Below, piece by piece: positions 29,630 to 39,273 of a stretch of DNA of 64,000 nt. Origin of the DNA: an uncultured Planctomycetaceae bacterium. Lineage in GTDB: Bacteria; Planctomycetota; Planctomycetia; Isosphaerales; Isosphaeraceae. The position numbers and the translations under genes were made by a program. The notes below the pieces were generated by a model that did not search any database, had not been told where the DNA came from, and saw only the letters and a program-made list of their open reading frames with translations. Positions within the stretch are counted from its first letter, which is position 1, and each line of letters opens with the position of its first letter. The DNA is taken from NCBI GenBank assembly GCA_963833985.1, contig CAWIAD010000002.1, forward strand, positions 2,080,001 through 2,144,000, written 5' to 3'.

Positions 29630-32600
29630 GCTTCACCTCCGGGACGAGCATGAGGACTCCCAGGAGGATGACCTCGGGAGGACGAAGGTCCATAAGCATC
29701 TCGAGACTACGGGACCGCTGCTTGTAGATCCGCAAGACGCCGTCAGCCTCGCTCCGCTGCGAAGGCCGCTGCGAACGATCGCTGCCGAAAGCTGCTAACC
29801 GCTCCGAGGGATCAGTAATCGAGGCCCACTCGGCGGCAGGGGTGTCGAATGTTGCTTCATCAACGTCCGCTCCGAAGAGCTCTCCTTGCCGTGATTGGAC
29901 CGAGTCCACTGAACCAGTGAGCTCCTCGGCACGCTTCTTCAGCCAGTCCTTATGGGCGTGACTCTCGCTCTTGAGGCTCTTGCTGCGTTCGTCAGTGAAC
30001 AGCTCAGCGAGAGGCTTGAATCCTGCCGCAACGGACTTCGTCGCCTTATCCTGGGCCTGCTCGTACCAATCCTTGAAATGCTCCTCCCAGATCCCGGTCG
30101 TCCGGACGGCTTTGCTTGGGTCGGCAAGGGCAGACCATTCCGAAGCAGCGGTCATGAGCACGGTCCCCCCATCCCTGGTCGTTTTCACCGTGAGAACTCG
30201 CTCGAACTCACGACCATTCCGGCTCGAGACCCTTCCCAGGTAGGTGAAGAGCAGTGTTGGTTCCTTCACGTCTGCCTTGGCCACACTCGCTCTCGGATCC
30301 TGATTGGCCGTGCTCATCCCACCGAATGACAGGTTTCGCACGCGATCAAGAGCTCGCCGCACGAGGGGGTGTGCTCGACCCAGATAACCCACTTCGTCCC
30401 CGTTCGGATCGGTGATGATGTCGATGTTGGTCGTGAGTCGGATCAGTCTCTTCTCCGAATCGTAGCCCGGTAACTGGTTGAGCCCATAGGTCCAGGCCGG
30501 AGGGACGCGAAGGGTGAACACGGGCTTGCGAGTGTCCCCTTCGACCAGATCCCCCCCATCGAGTAGCACCGCATCCACGACAAACCTCGCGAGATCCACG
30601 TTCTCGGCCCTGTTCCCCTGTTTCCGGGCTTCTCCGGCCTCCTCGACGAGCGTCGTCTCAGCATTCAAGCCGGCATCTCCGAGCCAGACGTTTGTCTTTG
30701 CAGCCTGCTCGAATCCCTTCAAGCTGCGGTCAATCTCTTCCAGGAGTTCCTTGGTTGCCTCGTCGGCAACAGGAGTTTCCTCTTCGCTCTTGAAGTCGAA
30801 GAGTGTCGGGTCTTCCTTGAAAAGCTTCGCATCATCGTCCATGATCCCCTTCAACAAACGCTCCTGGCCTGCGTCCGTCGACGAAGAGAGCCCCAAGGTG
30901 TTTGGCACAAAGGTGAGCCTGGATCGCATCCGCTCATACTTGGCGATCAGCCGGAGCAGGATGCGGTCTTCAAAGGTCCCCCGCAGGAACAAGTATCGAA
31001 CCATCGGGTCCAGCCGCTGGCCATAGCGGTCGATTCGCCCGTTACGTTGCTCGAGACGGTTCGGGTTGAAGGGCAGCTCCAGGTGGAGCAGGTGGTGGCA
31101 TCGTTGATGGAGGTTCAGGCCCTCCGCAGCGGAATCCGTACTGACGAGGATCAGATTGTCCCGGCTCCGGAATTGCTCGGTGATGGAGCCTCGTGCTTTC
31201 TCTCCATCGAGTCCACTCATGGTCACGACCTGCCCGATCTCCGGAGTGTTATGCAAAGCTTCCGCGAGGGCTCTCTGGCTGTCGACGTACTCCGTGTAGA
31301 TCAGGATGTTCGCCCGGGGCTCGGCTTTGCGAATCTCCGCGATCACGTCCTTGACGCGATCGATCTTCGGGTCCTTGTGCAGGCAGGTTTCAGCCAAGCC
31401 GATCATTTCATCGAGCTTCTCGACGATATCGGAGACTTTGGTTAGCTGACGCGACCCGCTTCTGGTCTCGCGTTGGAGTGCCGCGAGTTGTTGAGCAAGA
31501 TCCTCAGCTTCGAGGAGATTTCGTTCCTGCTCCTCCTCGACGCTCAGGATGCCGAACCGGTCGAGCTTCCTCTGATAATCTCGGAGCGTCTTGATCCTCT
31601 GGCGGCGACTCTCCTGGGCTTCAGCAGTCTCGGAGATGATATGTTGAAACCGTTCGGCGACGACCTGAAGCGTTGACCTCAGGGCCGCGACCGTCGAAAC
31701 GCTCCGTTTGAGAAGCGAGATGAAGGCAAGCACGTCCGCATATCGCTTCGAGCGAAACGCCCGTCTCAATTCCGGTGCGATCAAGTCGAGGAGATTCCGC
31801 TGTAACTCGACGAACTTGCCGTATTTCTTCGGGTCCGGAATGACCGGGGTTGGCTCGACGATGCGATCCCTGAATCGTTGTTCCCCGGTCTGGGGATCGA
31901 TGATGTGCTTTTTCAGTCGCCGGATCACGTGGTTACGGTATCGCTCACCCCGAAGAGATCCGCGACCATCCACGAGTGACGGGTCGAGAAGTTCGCAGAG
32001 CGAAGAAAACGAACGGTCAAATCCATCGTGAGGCGTAGCCGTCAAGAGGAGCAGGGAGTCACATCGACGAGCCAGAACCTCGGCAAGGCCTCGTCTCTGA
32101 GAATCCTCGGCGTTTTGGATGTTGCCGGTGTCCGTGCAATGGTGAGCTTCGTCGATGACGACAATATCGTAGCTGGCACGATCGAGCTGATCGAGGATCC
32201 GTTCTTGCTTCAGGAAGTCGACGGAAACGAGGCCAAGGGGGATGAAGTCGAACGGATTCGAGCCGAGTTCCGTGCTCCTGCGGATCTCCTCGAGCTTCGA
32301 CCTGTCGATGACTTCCAGTCGAAGCCCGAAGCGTTGAGCCATCTCGAGATGCCACTGTTCGAGCAGTGGGCCTGCGGGAGAGACCACGAGGACCCGGTGA
32401 GCAAGCCGTCGTGCGACGAGCTCAGTGATGATCAGACCGGCCTGGATGGTCTTACCCAGTCCGACGGCATCGGCAAGAAGCAACCTGACTCTGCTGCTGC
32501 GGATCGCCCTCAGAACTGGAACGAGCTGATAGGGCTCGATCCGGAGGCGTCCCGGTTGGACGGCGAGTAACGCGGTCGGTCCCAGGGCCTGTTCGAGGAG

Positions 32601-32855
32601 GAACGCTTGGTGATAGACGAGCCAGTTGATCAACGGGGCCGCACGTTCAGGGCGGAGCTTGTGCCGAACCGGTTCGATCTCCTCGAACGGAGAGAGAAGA
32701 TCGAATTCCTTCCCGAGGACAGCGTTCTCGAGCCCGCGAAGACGAAACAGCGTCTCCTGGCCCAGACTCTCGGTTGACACGACCTCCCAACGGAGACCAC
32801 GTGCGATCACCTCTGTTCCTGGAAGTAGCTCCGTCGAATCGTGTTGACCCTTCAT
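29619..32855 (-). CDS. SNF2 helicase (DISARM DrmD-like)
   Basis: PYQLVP, LADAVGLGKT, DEAH, TATPH, EGLNL, NPNRLEQRNGRIDRYGQ; overlaps MTase start. Confidence 0.92.
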   Translation of the reverse strand: MKGQHDSTELLPGTEVIARGLRWEVVSTESLGQETLFRLRGLENAVLGKEFDLLSPFEEIEPVRHKLRPERAAPLINWLVYHQAFLLEQALGPTALLAVQPGRLRIEPYQLVPVLRAIRSSRVRLLLADAVGLGKTIQAGLIITELVARRLAHRVLVVSPAGPLLEQWHLEMAQRFGLRLEVIDRSKLEEIRRSTELGSNPFDFIPLGLVSVDFLKQERILDQLDRASYDIVVIDEAHHCTDTGNIQNAEDSQRRGLAEVLARRCDSLLLLTATPHDGFDRSFSSLCELLDPSLVDGRGSLRGERYRNHVIRRLKKHIIDPQTGEQRFRDRIVEPTPVIPDPKKYGKFVELQRNLLDLIAPELRRAFRSKRYADVLAFISLLKRSVSTVAALRSTLQVVAERFQHIISETAEAQESRRQRIKTLRDYQRKLDRFGILSVEEEQERNLLEAEDLAQQLAALQRETRSGSRQLTKVSDIVEKLDEMIGLAETCLHKDPKIDRVKDVIAEIRKAEPRANILIYTEYVDSQRALAEALHNTPEIGQVVTMSGLDGEKARGSITEQFRSRDNLILVSTDSAAEGLNLHQRCHHLLHLELPFNPNRLEQRNGRIDRYGQRLDPMVRYLFLRGTFEDRILLRLIAKYERMRSRLTFVPNTLGLSSSTDAGQERLLKGIMDDDAKLFKEDPTLFDFKSEEETPVADEATKELLEEIDRSLKGFEQAAKTNVWLGDAGLNAETTLVEEAGEARKQGNRAENVDLARFVVDAVLLDGGDLVEGDTRKPVFTLRVPPAWTYGLNQLPGYDSEKRLIRLTTNIDIITDPNGDEVGYLGRAHPLVRRALDRVRNLSFGGMSTANQDPRASVAKADVKEPTLLFTYLGRVSSRNGREFERVLTVKTTRDGGTVLMTAASEWSALADPSKAVRTTGIWEEHFKDWYEQAQDKATKSVAAGFKPLAELFTDERSKSLKSESHAHKDWLKKRAEELTGSVDSVQSRQGELFGADVDEATFDTPAAEWASITDPSERLAAFGSDRSQRPSQRSEADGVLRIYKQRSRSLEMLMDLRPPEVILLGVLMLVPEVKHAS

Positions 32856-33242
32856 GAGTAACCAAAGGTTTAATGAATCCGATCAAAGAACTCGACATCC
32901 GCCACAGACGCATGCACATCTAATAGAGCATGGCCTGACAGTCGATTCCTACGAGGTCTTTACATCTGATGACTGGTAATCCGGAATCCATGGACGATCT
33001 CGGACCGTCCCGAACCCCTAGGTTGGGCAAGGATTCCGGTCAGACCATGCTCTGGAAGGAGACTACTCCGAGCGGCCCGCAGACATTGACCAGCTTCTCA
33101 TCCTATCTCTTATTTTGGCGGCACCCAATGGGTGGATGGCCGAACTGCCGCTTTTTTCAAGGCTCGGGGTTCCAGGGGGGCTCGTTGATCGCTGATGAAC
33201 CATCGGGGCAAAGCCAAGGGCCCATCGATAAGAGACTTGAAA

Positions 33243-34115
33243 TCAAACGATTAATGTATTTGCTGACTTGTTTGCGGTCTTGTATTGCCAGGTCACGCAA
33301 TTCAGAGCACCACCAAAAACCGCGAGCCGCCGGCAATTTAGTGACTCGACCGTCGGAATCAAGCCGTTGCGACGAACTACCCTTCGAGAACACTCGTCTT
33401 CGGGCAACTCGTAGATGGGCATGATGAGAATCCTCTCGAGTCGCAGGAGGTTCACATAGTTTCCAATTGCCGAGGGCATCCCTTCATGTGCCCCCGAATC
33501 CGGCCGGTAGGGCATCTCAACGAGTTTCAATCCAGCCCGCTTTACCCTACGAAGCAGCTTCCGCCGATAGTTGCAATCGATCTGCCGGTAGTCATTCACT
33601 AATACGTTCTCTTCATCCACGAACCGAATCACGCCATCCGCGTGTCCGGTCACATCACCAGGTTCCGGAGGGATCAGGATCACCCGGTCCACTTCTAACA
33701 GCCTCTCAAGCTCAGCTATAAGCTCTCGGCGGTGCCACCGAGGATTCTCGACGAAGACCTTCTCGGTCATGATGACCTTGTTGGTCCACTTCACCACGTT
33801 CCCACCGTCGAGGACGATGTCACACTGGACGCAGTTCTTCACCCAGGGAAGGGTTGGTCCGATCTTTCCGTCCAGTCTCAGATGGCGGTACTTCCCCCTC
33901 AGATAATCAGGCTCATATCTGAACTGCACGAACCGATCCTCGGCCACCTGGATCGGCATGTAATCCCGGCACCAAATATCGCGAGTCCCTGGGATGATCC
34001 TCAGAGGAATGCCGTGGTCCGTCAGGATGGACTTCAAGCCCCTAAAGAGGTCGGGGAACCTCCCCTCAAGGCTATCGGCAACGAAAACCACATTGGTGTC
34101 ATGATCGGCGATCAT
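33243..34115 (-). CDS. Agmatine/peptidyl-arginine deiminase family protein
   Basis: DIWCRDY, LDGGN, GHADG, GNYVN, GGALNCVT (catalytic D/H/C). Confidence 0.88.
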   Translation of the reverse strand: MIADHDTNVVFVADSLEGRFPDLFRGLKSILTDHGIPLRIIPGTRDIWCRDYMPIQVAEDRFVQFRYEPDYLRGKYRHLRLDGKIGPTLPWVKNCVQCDIVLDGGNVVKWTNKVIMTEKVFVENPRWHRRELIAELERLLEVDRVILIPPEPGDVTGHADGVIRFVDEENVLVNDYRQIDCNYRRKLLRRVKRAGLKLVEMPYRPDSGAHEGMPSAIGNYVNLLRLERILIMPIYELPEDECSRRVVRRNGLIPTVESLNCRRLAVFGGALNCVTWQYKTANKSANTLIV

Positions 34116-34405
34116 CAGCCCACTTGATCCTTATGAACCCGTCTTACCCACCACTCCGATATTTCCTACGGATTCCTGACGAACATTGGAGAGTCCGAAT
34201 TCATCTCGTGGAGAAAGCTCAACGTAATCGGGTTTTCTGGACGGTGAACGACAACCGTTCTTTCCCCGCTCGCCGACCTCTTCCGCCTGCCGATCCACGA
34301 ACTCAGTCGCGGCGTGGCTCGCTCCTCCGCGGGGTAGCTCTTGATGAGGCCAAAGAACGTCTGCTTGGCCCACCTGAACCGGTCACCCTCATCAGGAGAA
34401 TCATC

Positions 34406-35389
34406 TTGGCTCACGAACTCTGCATCCAGAATGGCCGAGCGGCAATGATGTACGTTGACGAGGTCCCCTGGCACGGGCTGGGAACGCGTCTCGATTCCCC
34501 GGCAACGGCGAAGGACGCCATCACAGCCGCAAGCCTGGATTACGAGGTTGTCTTGTCAGACCTCTTCACCAAGGACGGTGTCCTCGTCCCGGGTCGCAAA
34601 GGGGCCATACGGACCGACTCCAATGACGTTCTCGGGGTCGTCGGCAACTCTTACGTGCCGATCCAAAACCGCGATTGCTTCTCGTTTCTCGATGCCGTGG
34701 TTGCCGACGGAGGCCTCCGGTATCACACTGCGGGTGCTTTGAGGAAAGGCGAAAAGATCTGGCTCTTGGCCAAGCTCCCCGGTCACATCCGGGTCCGATT
34801 CAGCGACGATATCTCCGAGAAGTATCTCCTTCTCTCTAACAGCCACGATGGGTCTTCCTGCCTCCGGGTCTTCTTCACGACCATCCGCGTTGTGTGTGCT
34901 AACACGTTGGCGATGGCAGACCGAGAGGGTCAGGGGGAAGGCATCAGCATTCGCCACCAGGGCGATCTTACATCGAAAATCCGTCAGGCCCGCGAAGTCC
35001 TGGGCATCGCAGCCCGTTATTTTGACGACCTGGCCGGACAGTTTGACCTCTTGGCCCGCCATCAACCCACATACGCCCAAGTCTCGGGCTATTTCAAAGC
35101 CCTGGTTCCCGATCCCGAAGAAGGCAATCGAACCCGGGCCGAGAATGTACGCAATGAGTTGTTTCAGCTCTTCGAACATGGCCGAGGTCAGGAAATCCCC
35201 CAGATCCGGGGAACCACTTGGGCCGCTCTCAACGCCGTCACTGAGTACGTAGATCATCTCCGGCCCACTAGAGCCAAGACGGAGCTAGATCGAGCTGCCA
35301 ACCGCCTCGAGTCAGCCTGGTTTGGTTCGGGGTCGCGGCTGAAACACCAAGCCTTCGAGTTAGCTCTCGAGCTGGCAGCCAAGAACTGA
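34406..35389 (+). CDS. DUF932 family phage/plasmid-like protein
   Basis: PWHGLG, YVPIQN, NSHDGS, IRVVCANTL, GTTWAALNAVTEY; TTG start after AGGAG at 34394-34398. Confidence 0.9.
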   Translation: MAHELCIQNGRAAMMYVDEVPWHGLGTRLDSPATAKDAITAASLDYEVVLSDLFTKDGVLVPGRKGAIRTDSNDVLGVVGNSYVPIQNRDCFSFLDAVVADGGLRYHTAGALRKGEKIWLLAKLPGHIRVRFSDDISEKYLLLSNSHDGSSCLRVFFTTIRVVCANTLAMADREGQGEGISIRHQGDLTSKIRQAREVLGIAARYFDDLAGQFDLLARHQPTYAQVSGYFKALVPDPEEGNRTRAENVRNELFQLFEHGRGQEIPQIRGTTWAALNAVTEYVDHLRPTRAKTELDRAANRLESAWFGSGSRLKHQAFELALELAAKN

Positions 35390-35516
35390 AACCTACTCTA
35401 TCCCCGTTCGGCGTCAATCTGACACTTTGGGGTTCAAAGTCCCGAGGCATCGAGCGGGGTACCAAGTCTGTCGAGATCAAGAACGCCCACTCAACCTCTT
35501 TTCGAGAATCTGCACC

Positions 35517-36035
35517 ATGCTCAAAGCCAACGTCGGACTCTCCCGCAAGATGTCGGAGAACTTCAATTCAACCGGATTCAGCCTCAACCTGGAGGGCGAG
35601 ATCCTGGCCACTCTCGATGATCCCGAAGCCGTCATCGAACGAATTCGGGAGCTCTACAATGTGGCCGAAGATGCTCTGGACCGCCAGGTCTCCGAGAGCC
35701 AGTCTGTCAATTCGATGGCCCGTCGCGACGCCGAGTCTCAGTCCCAGTCGGAAGACAGCCACCGGTCCAATGGTCGCCAGAACGCTGAGCCGGACCATTC
35801 CAACTCCGATCGGAATGGCAAACCCCGCAACGAAGAGCCCGCGACAAACAAACAGGTCCAGTTCCTCCAGACCTTGGCCAAGCGACAGAAGTTGTTCGGG
35901 GCCAAGCTGGAAGGCATCATCGAGGGCATCATTGGTCGACGCTGCACGCCTTACGACCTCACGAAGAAGGAAGCCGGGCAGGTGATCGACCAACTCAGCG
36001 GCGAAGAATCCGAATCCAACCGACCTCGCCGGTGA
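35517..36035 (+). CDS. Hypothetical mobile-element protein (C-terminal ATxKQ...LTKKEA module)
   Basis: Operon position; PATNKQVQFL...LTKKEAGQVID motif. Confidence 0.65.
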   Translation: MLKANVGLSRKMSENFNSTGFSLNLEGEILATLDDPEAVIERIRELYNVAEDALDRQVSESQSVNSMARRDAESQSQSEDSHRSNGRQNAEPDHSNSDRNGKPRNEEPATNKQVQFLQTLAKRQKLFGAKLEGIIEGIIGRRCTPYDLTKKEAGQVIDQLSGEESESNRPRR

Positions 36036-36113
36036 TCAGGTCAACCATCTCTACGACTCTCACCAAGGGGACAGGAGCAACGCCTCCGTCCCCATTTCAT
36101 TAGGAGCCCCGCG

Positions 36114-36965
36114 ATGCCTCATGAATCTAATAGACCGCACTGGTCCTATTCCTCCATCAGCCAGTACTTGAAGTGCCCGCTCCAGTTCTATTTCGAGCGA
36201 GTTCTCAAGTTGCCGAGAAAGACCATCTCCGACGCCCAGGTACTCGGATCGTCAGTCCATGCGGCACTGGCTTTCTACCATGGTCGGCTCAAGGCCCACG
36301 AACCCGTCCTGAACCGCCAAGTCGAAGACGTCTTTGTCACAACCTGGGATCAACAATCCCGCCAAGAAAAGATCGTTCACACCGGTGACAGGTCGAGGGA
36401 GGACAACCAATCCCTCGGAGTGGCCCTGATCGAAACTTACCTCAAGGCACCGCCACCAACCAACATCCTCGCCATCGAACAACCGATGCTGACTCCTCTT
36501 GTCACCTCGCAAGGCAATGTCCTGGAGAAGCCGCTCCTGGTCATCCCCGACATGATCACCCGAGATCAACCGGACAGCCTCAAAGTGATCGAGATCAAGA
36601 CCTCGGGACGAGCTTACTCGGAGTCTGAAGTGGCCGTTTCTCTCCAGCCAACTTGTTACGCTCATGCCCTATTTGAGTTGACCGGCGAGGAGCCGATCGT
36701 CGAATTGACCGTGCTGATCAAGACGAAAGCTCCCCGGCTCCAGAAGATCGACGCCATCCGAACGATCTCGGATTTCGGACGGTTGGGGGACTTGGTCGAG
36801 GTCGTGGAACAAGCCGTCGAAGCCGAGATCTTCTATCCGCAGGAGTCGCCGATGAACTGTTCGGGCTGTTCATTCTTCCGGGAATGTCGGGAGTGGACCG
36901 GCCCGGTGAACTCGGGGCCCGGGAATTCTCAAGTTCATATGATCGAGGAGGGCTCCCCGTGCTGA
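36114..36965 (+). CDS. RecB/Cas4-like PD-(D/E)XK nuclease with Cys cluster
   Basis: SYSSISQYLKCP, GSSVH, PD..IEIKT, Q..Y, CSGCSF...C. Confidence 0.85.
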   Translation: MPHESNRPHWSYSSISQYLKCPLQFYFERVLKLPRKTISDAQVLGSSVHAALAFYHGRLKAHEPVLNRQVEDVFVTTWDQQSRQEKIVHTGDRSREDNQSLGVALIETYLKAPPPTNILAIEQPMLTPLVTSQGNVLEKPLLVIPDMITRDQPDSLKVIEIKTSGRAYSESEVAVSLQPTCYAHALFELTGEEPIVELTVLIKTKAPRLQKIDAIRTISDFGRLGDLVEVVEQAVEAEIFYPQESPMNCSGCSFFRECREWTGPVNSGPGNSQVHMIEEGSPC

Positions 36966-37786
36966 CTGAGATGCTCGGCAAGGGGGGCAGAATCTGTTCT
37001 CAGGCCCGCTCGGGCCAGATCCGCTGTCCGCTCATCGTCCGCCCCACCAGCGAGGATGTCATCACGGGACACTTGGCCCAGACTCTTCGAGTTCTTCCCC
37101 CCAGGTGGTGGCTCCCAGACCTGCTCAATCTCTCCTTGAGAGCACCACGCTTTCGACGTCAGCATTTCCGGAACCTCCGCATCGAACCCTGGCAGAACCG
37201 CCCGTGTTTTCCCTCCGAACTTCTCCCCTGGAGTGAGGGGTCAACACAGGTGGACCTGACTATCTCCTGGGAGAACCCCCCGACGACGGTACTCATCGAG
37301 GCCAAGTATCTGTCGGACCTTTCCGAGAGTGTCTCAGGGGACGACGGTCGATCAGGTTTCCCTAGCGACCAATTGATCCGGAACATCCGTGTCGGACTGC
37401 TGGAGACCGGCTATTACGACCGTGGCAGTCGCCTGTTCTCTCAGCCCGAGAAGGATCTGATCGTCCTGGTCTTCTCCCCCAGGAAAGGCCATCCGCTCGT
37501 CCAGCGATACCGAGATCCGAGTGCTCTCCGGAAGGCCATTCCACACGCGGAGAAACTCAAGCGTCTGCCCCAATCCCCGTTCGTGGGGGAATTCTCCTTC
37601 GGGGACGTGATTGAAATGCTCCGAGCTCAATCCCGGTGGTTCAAACGGGCCGAACGGATGATAGCCAAGGATCTGACGGAATTCCTCGAATTCAAACTTC
37701 AAAGTCAAGCGAGGTCATCGCCAAGCCAATCCACTGAAAACTCGGACTCGCGATTTCGTCAGAATCTCCCGGTTAGGACCAGCTGA
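36959..37786 (+). CDS. Putative PD-(D/E)XK nuclease
   Basis: SEDVIT, EGSTQVD..LIEAKY..DQLIR; GTG start overlapping upstream stop. Confidence 0.65.
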   Translation: MLTEMLGKGGRICSQARSGQIRCPLIVRPTSEDVITGHLAQTLRVLPPRWWLPDLLNLSLRAPRFRRQHFRNLRIEPWQNRPCFPSELLPWSEGSTQVDLTISWENPPTTVLIEAKYLSDLSESVSGDDGRSGFPSDQLIRNIRVGLLETGYYDRGSRLFSQPEKDLIVLVFSPRKGHPLVQRYRDPSALRKAIPHAEKLKRLPQSPFVGEFSFGDVIEMLRAQSRWFKRAERMIAKDLTEFLEFKLQSQARSSPSQSTENSDSRFRQNLPVRTS

Positions 37787-37825
37787 AGGGCTTTCCGTTT
37801 GGGTCCGGCCAACCTCGGGGCTCCT

Positions 37826-37908
37826 TGAAAAGTTCCATTATCAGATCTGGATAGGTGCCGCAGTAGACGGTCTTTGACAGGCGACCGTCTGATAAGCCGC
37901 CTTTATCA
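37826..37908. other. Two tyrosine-recombinase-like core sites plus a hairpin at the left edge of the nested element
   Basis: TGAAAA-GTTCCA-TTATCA (37826-37843), TGATAA-GCCGCCT-TTATCA (37890-37908), AGACGGTC/GACCGTCT inverted repeat. Confidence 0.45.
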
Positions 37909-37963
37909 TGCATTAGAATTCCGGTAGAACATCCACGCAACGAGTGACCAGCGACGGAGGACC

Positions 37964-38176
37964 ATGGACACGGTAACGCTAGACGGACTCACCGTAACGC
38001 TCACCCAGGATGCGTATGTCTCCGACGACAGCGAGACCTACGAGGCACACGCCGCGGATGATGAAGGGAATGTCTATAAGGTATTTTGGCGGGTGATTTG
38101 CACCGACACAGACGACCAATCAAATTGCTGCGATTGGGATAAGCCCTTTCACATCACCCTGGTCGAGACTGCCTAG
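37964..38176 (+). CDS. Small acidic phage-like protein
   Basis: GGAGG RBS; YEAHAADDEGNVYKVFW...CDW. Confidence 0.6.
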   Translation: MDTVTLDGLTVTLTQDAYVSDDSETYEAHAADDEGNVYKVFWRVICTDTDDQSNCCDWDKPFHITLVETA

Positions 38177-38223
38177 GGCCAGTAACGAGAGCCTACGGAA
38201 CACCCCGCCGGCCACGGAGGAGC

Positions 38224-38400
38224 ATGTACCACGAGAGACGCTTCAAGACGGAGATTCACGAGGACCTCTTAGCCAATTGGGACGATAACGGTCACGGGGC
38301 AGACGTCATCTTCGACCCGAGACGGGACCAATCGGGCAGATTGAGGATTGGGACGACGGGCACGGGCTGCTCGCAAATGGTGAGGATATGGCCGAGGTAA
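38224..38400 (+). CDS. Small hypothetical protein, 58 aa (not in ORF track)
   Basis: GGAGGAG RBS then MYHERRFKTE...IWPR*. Confidence 0.45.
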   Translation: MYHERRFKTEIHEDLLANWDDNGHGADVIFDPRRDQSGRLRIGTTGTGCSQMVRIWPR

Positions 38401-38478
38401 TTGACGGGGCCAAGAAGGCTATTCAACAGGTTCTTAAGGGCTCGCTTCCTTGTTGCTAATCAACCACTAGGGAGGACC

Positions 38479-38913
38479 ATGGCCGACGACTCACTTGACC
38501 GCTTAGCAGCAGGCCGAGAACTCATGCGGGAGCGTTGCTATGAGTGTGCCTTGGCGAATACGCCGGACACGGTGCGGGCGATTAAGATTCGTCGGAGTCT
38601 GTCAGGAAGAGCCCACGTCAGAAGCGGAAGCGGGTTGATGGAAGCACCGGTGCCCAAGACCAGGAAGGCCCTCTACATCTTCCTTCACGAGTGTGCTCAC
38701 TTTGCCCTGGACCTTCGAGGACAAAAGCCGATTCACGTCCAGGAGCACGAGGCCGAGGAGTGGGCTCACCAGAGGATGCGTCAAGCCGGGATTCCAGTGC
38801 CGCGGTCGATGACTACGAGGGCCAAGGATTATGTTTCTCGCAAGATTGGTCGAGCCGAGAGGCGAGGAGCAAAGAACATCGACAGGAAGGCACGCAGATT
38901 CGCTGGGAGGTAG
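38479..38913 (+). CDS. Small HExxH protein (SprT/ImmA-like)
   Basis: GGAGG RBS; FLHECAHF...EHEAE. Confidence 0.6.
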   Translation: MADDSLDRLAAGRELMRERCYECALANTPDTVRAIKIRRSLSGRAHVRSGSGLMEAPVPKTRKALYIFLHECAHFALDLRGQKPIHVQEHEAEEWAHQRMRQAGIPVPRSMTTRAKDYVSRKIGRAERRGAKNIDRKARRFAGR

Positions 38914-38930
38914 TCGTAGTCAATCCAAGG

Positions 38931-39263
38931 ATGACCATGACCGCCAACGTGATTTCGCTGAAGGATAAGCTGGCCGAAGAAGAGCAGGCCCTTCGAGCAC
39001 GAATGACCGCGTTTGCTCTGACGTTCCCCTCGATGCGGTACGCTTTGGGAGTCGAGCCCAGGGATGCCGTGGAACTAGACGCTTGGGGCAACGGCCCTCG
39101 CTCGCATGGTGAGCGAGTCACCGCTCAGTTTCTCTTGAATGTGTGGGACCCTTCGACCGAGTGGAAGTGTGGCCGCTTTGACGTGATGGAAGCGTTGCGA
39201 CTCTGGAGCCCCTCGCACCGAGAGCCGTTTCTTCGGTGGGCTTCTGACCCGTGGTGGCCGTGA
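38931..39263 (+). CDS. Hypothetical mobile-element protein
   Basis: FLLNVWD...GRFDVMEA...WASDPWWP; directly precedes integrase. Confidence 0.55.
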   Translation: MTMTANVISLKDKLAEEEQALRARMTAFALTFPSMRYALGVEPRDAVELDAWGNGPRSHGERVTAQFLLNVWDPSTEWKCGRFDVMEALRLWSPSHREPFLRWASDPWWP

Positions 39264-39273
39264 CGAAGGAGCT

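Noticed and set aside
36114..36965. Cas4-like nuclease suggesting CRISPR-Cas
   Set aside because: No repeat-spacer array or other cas genes seen in the window
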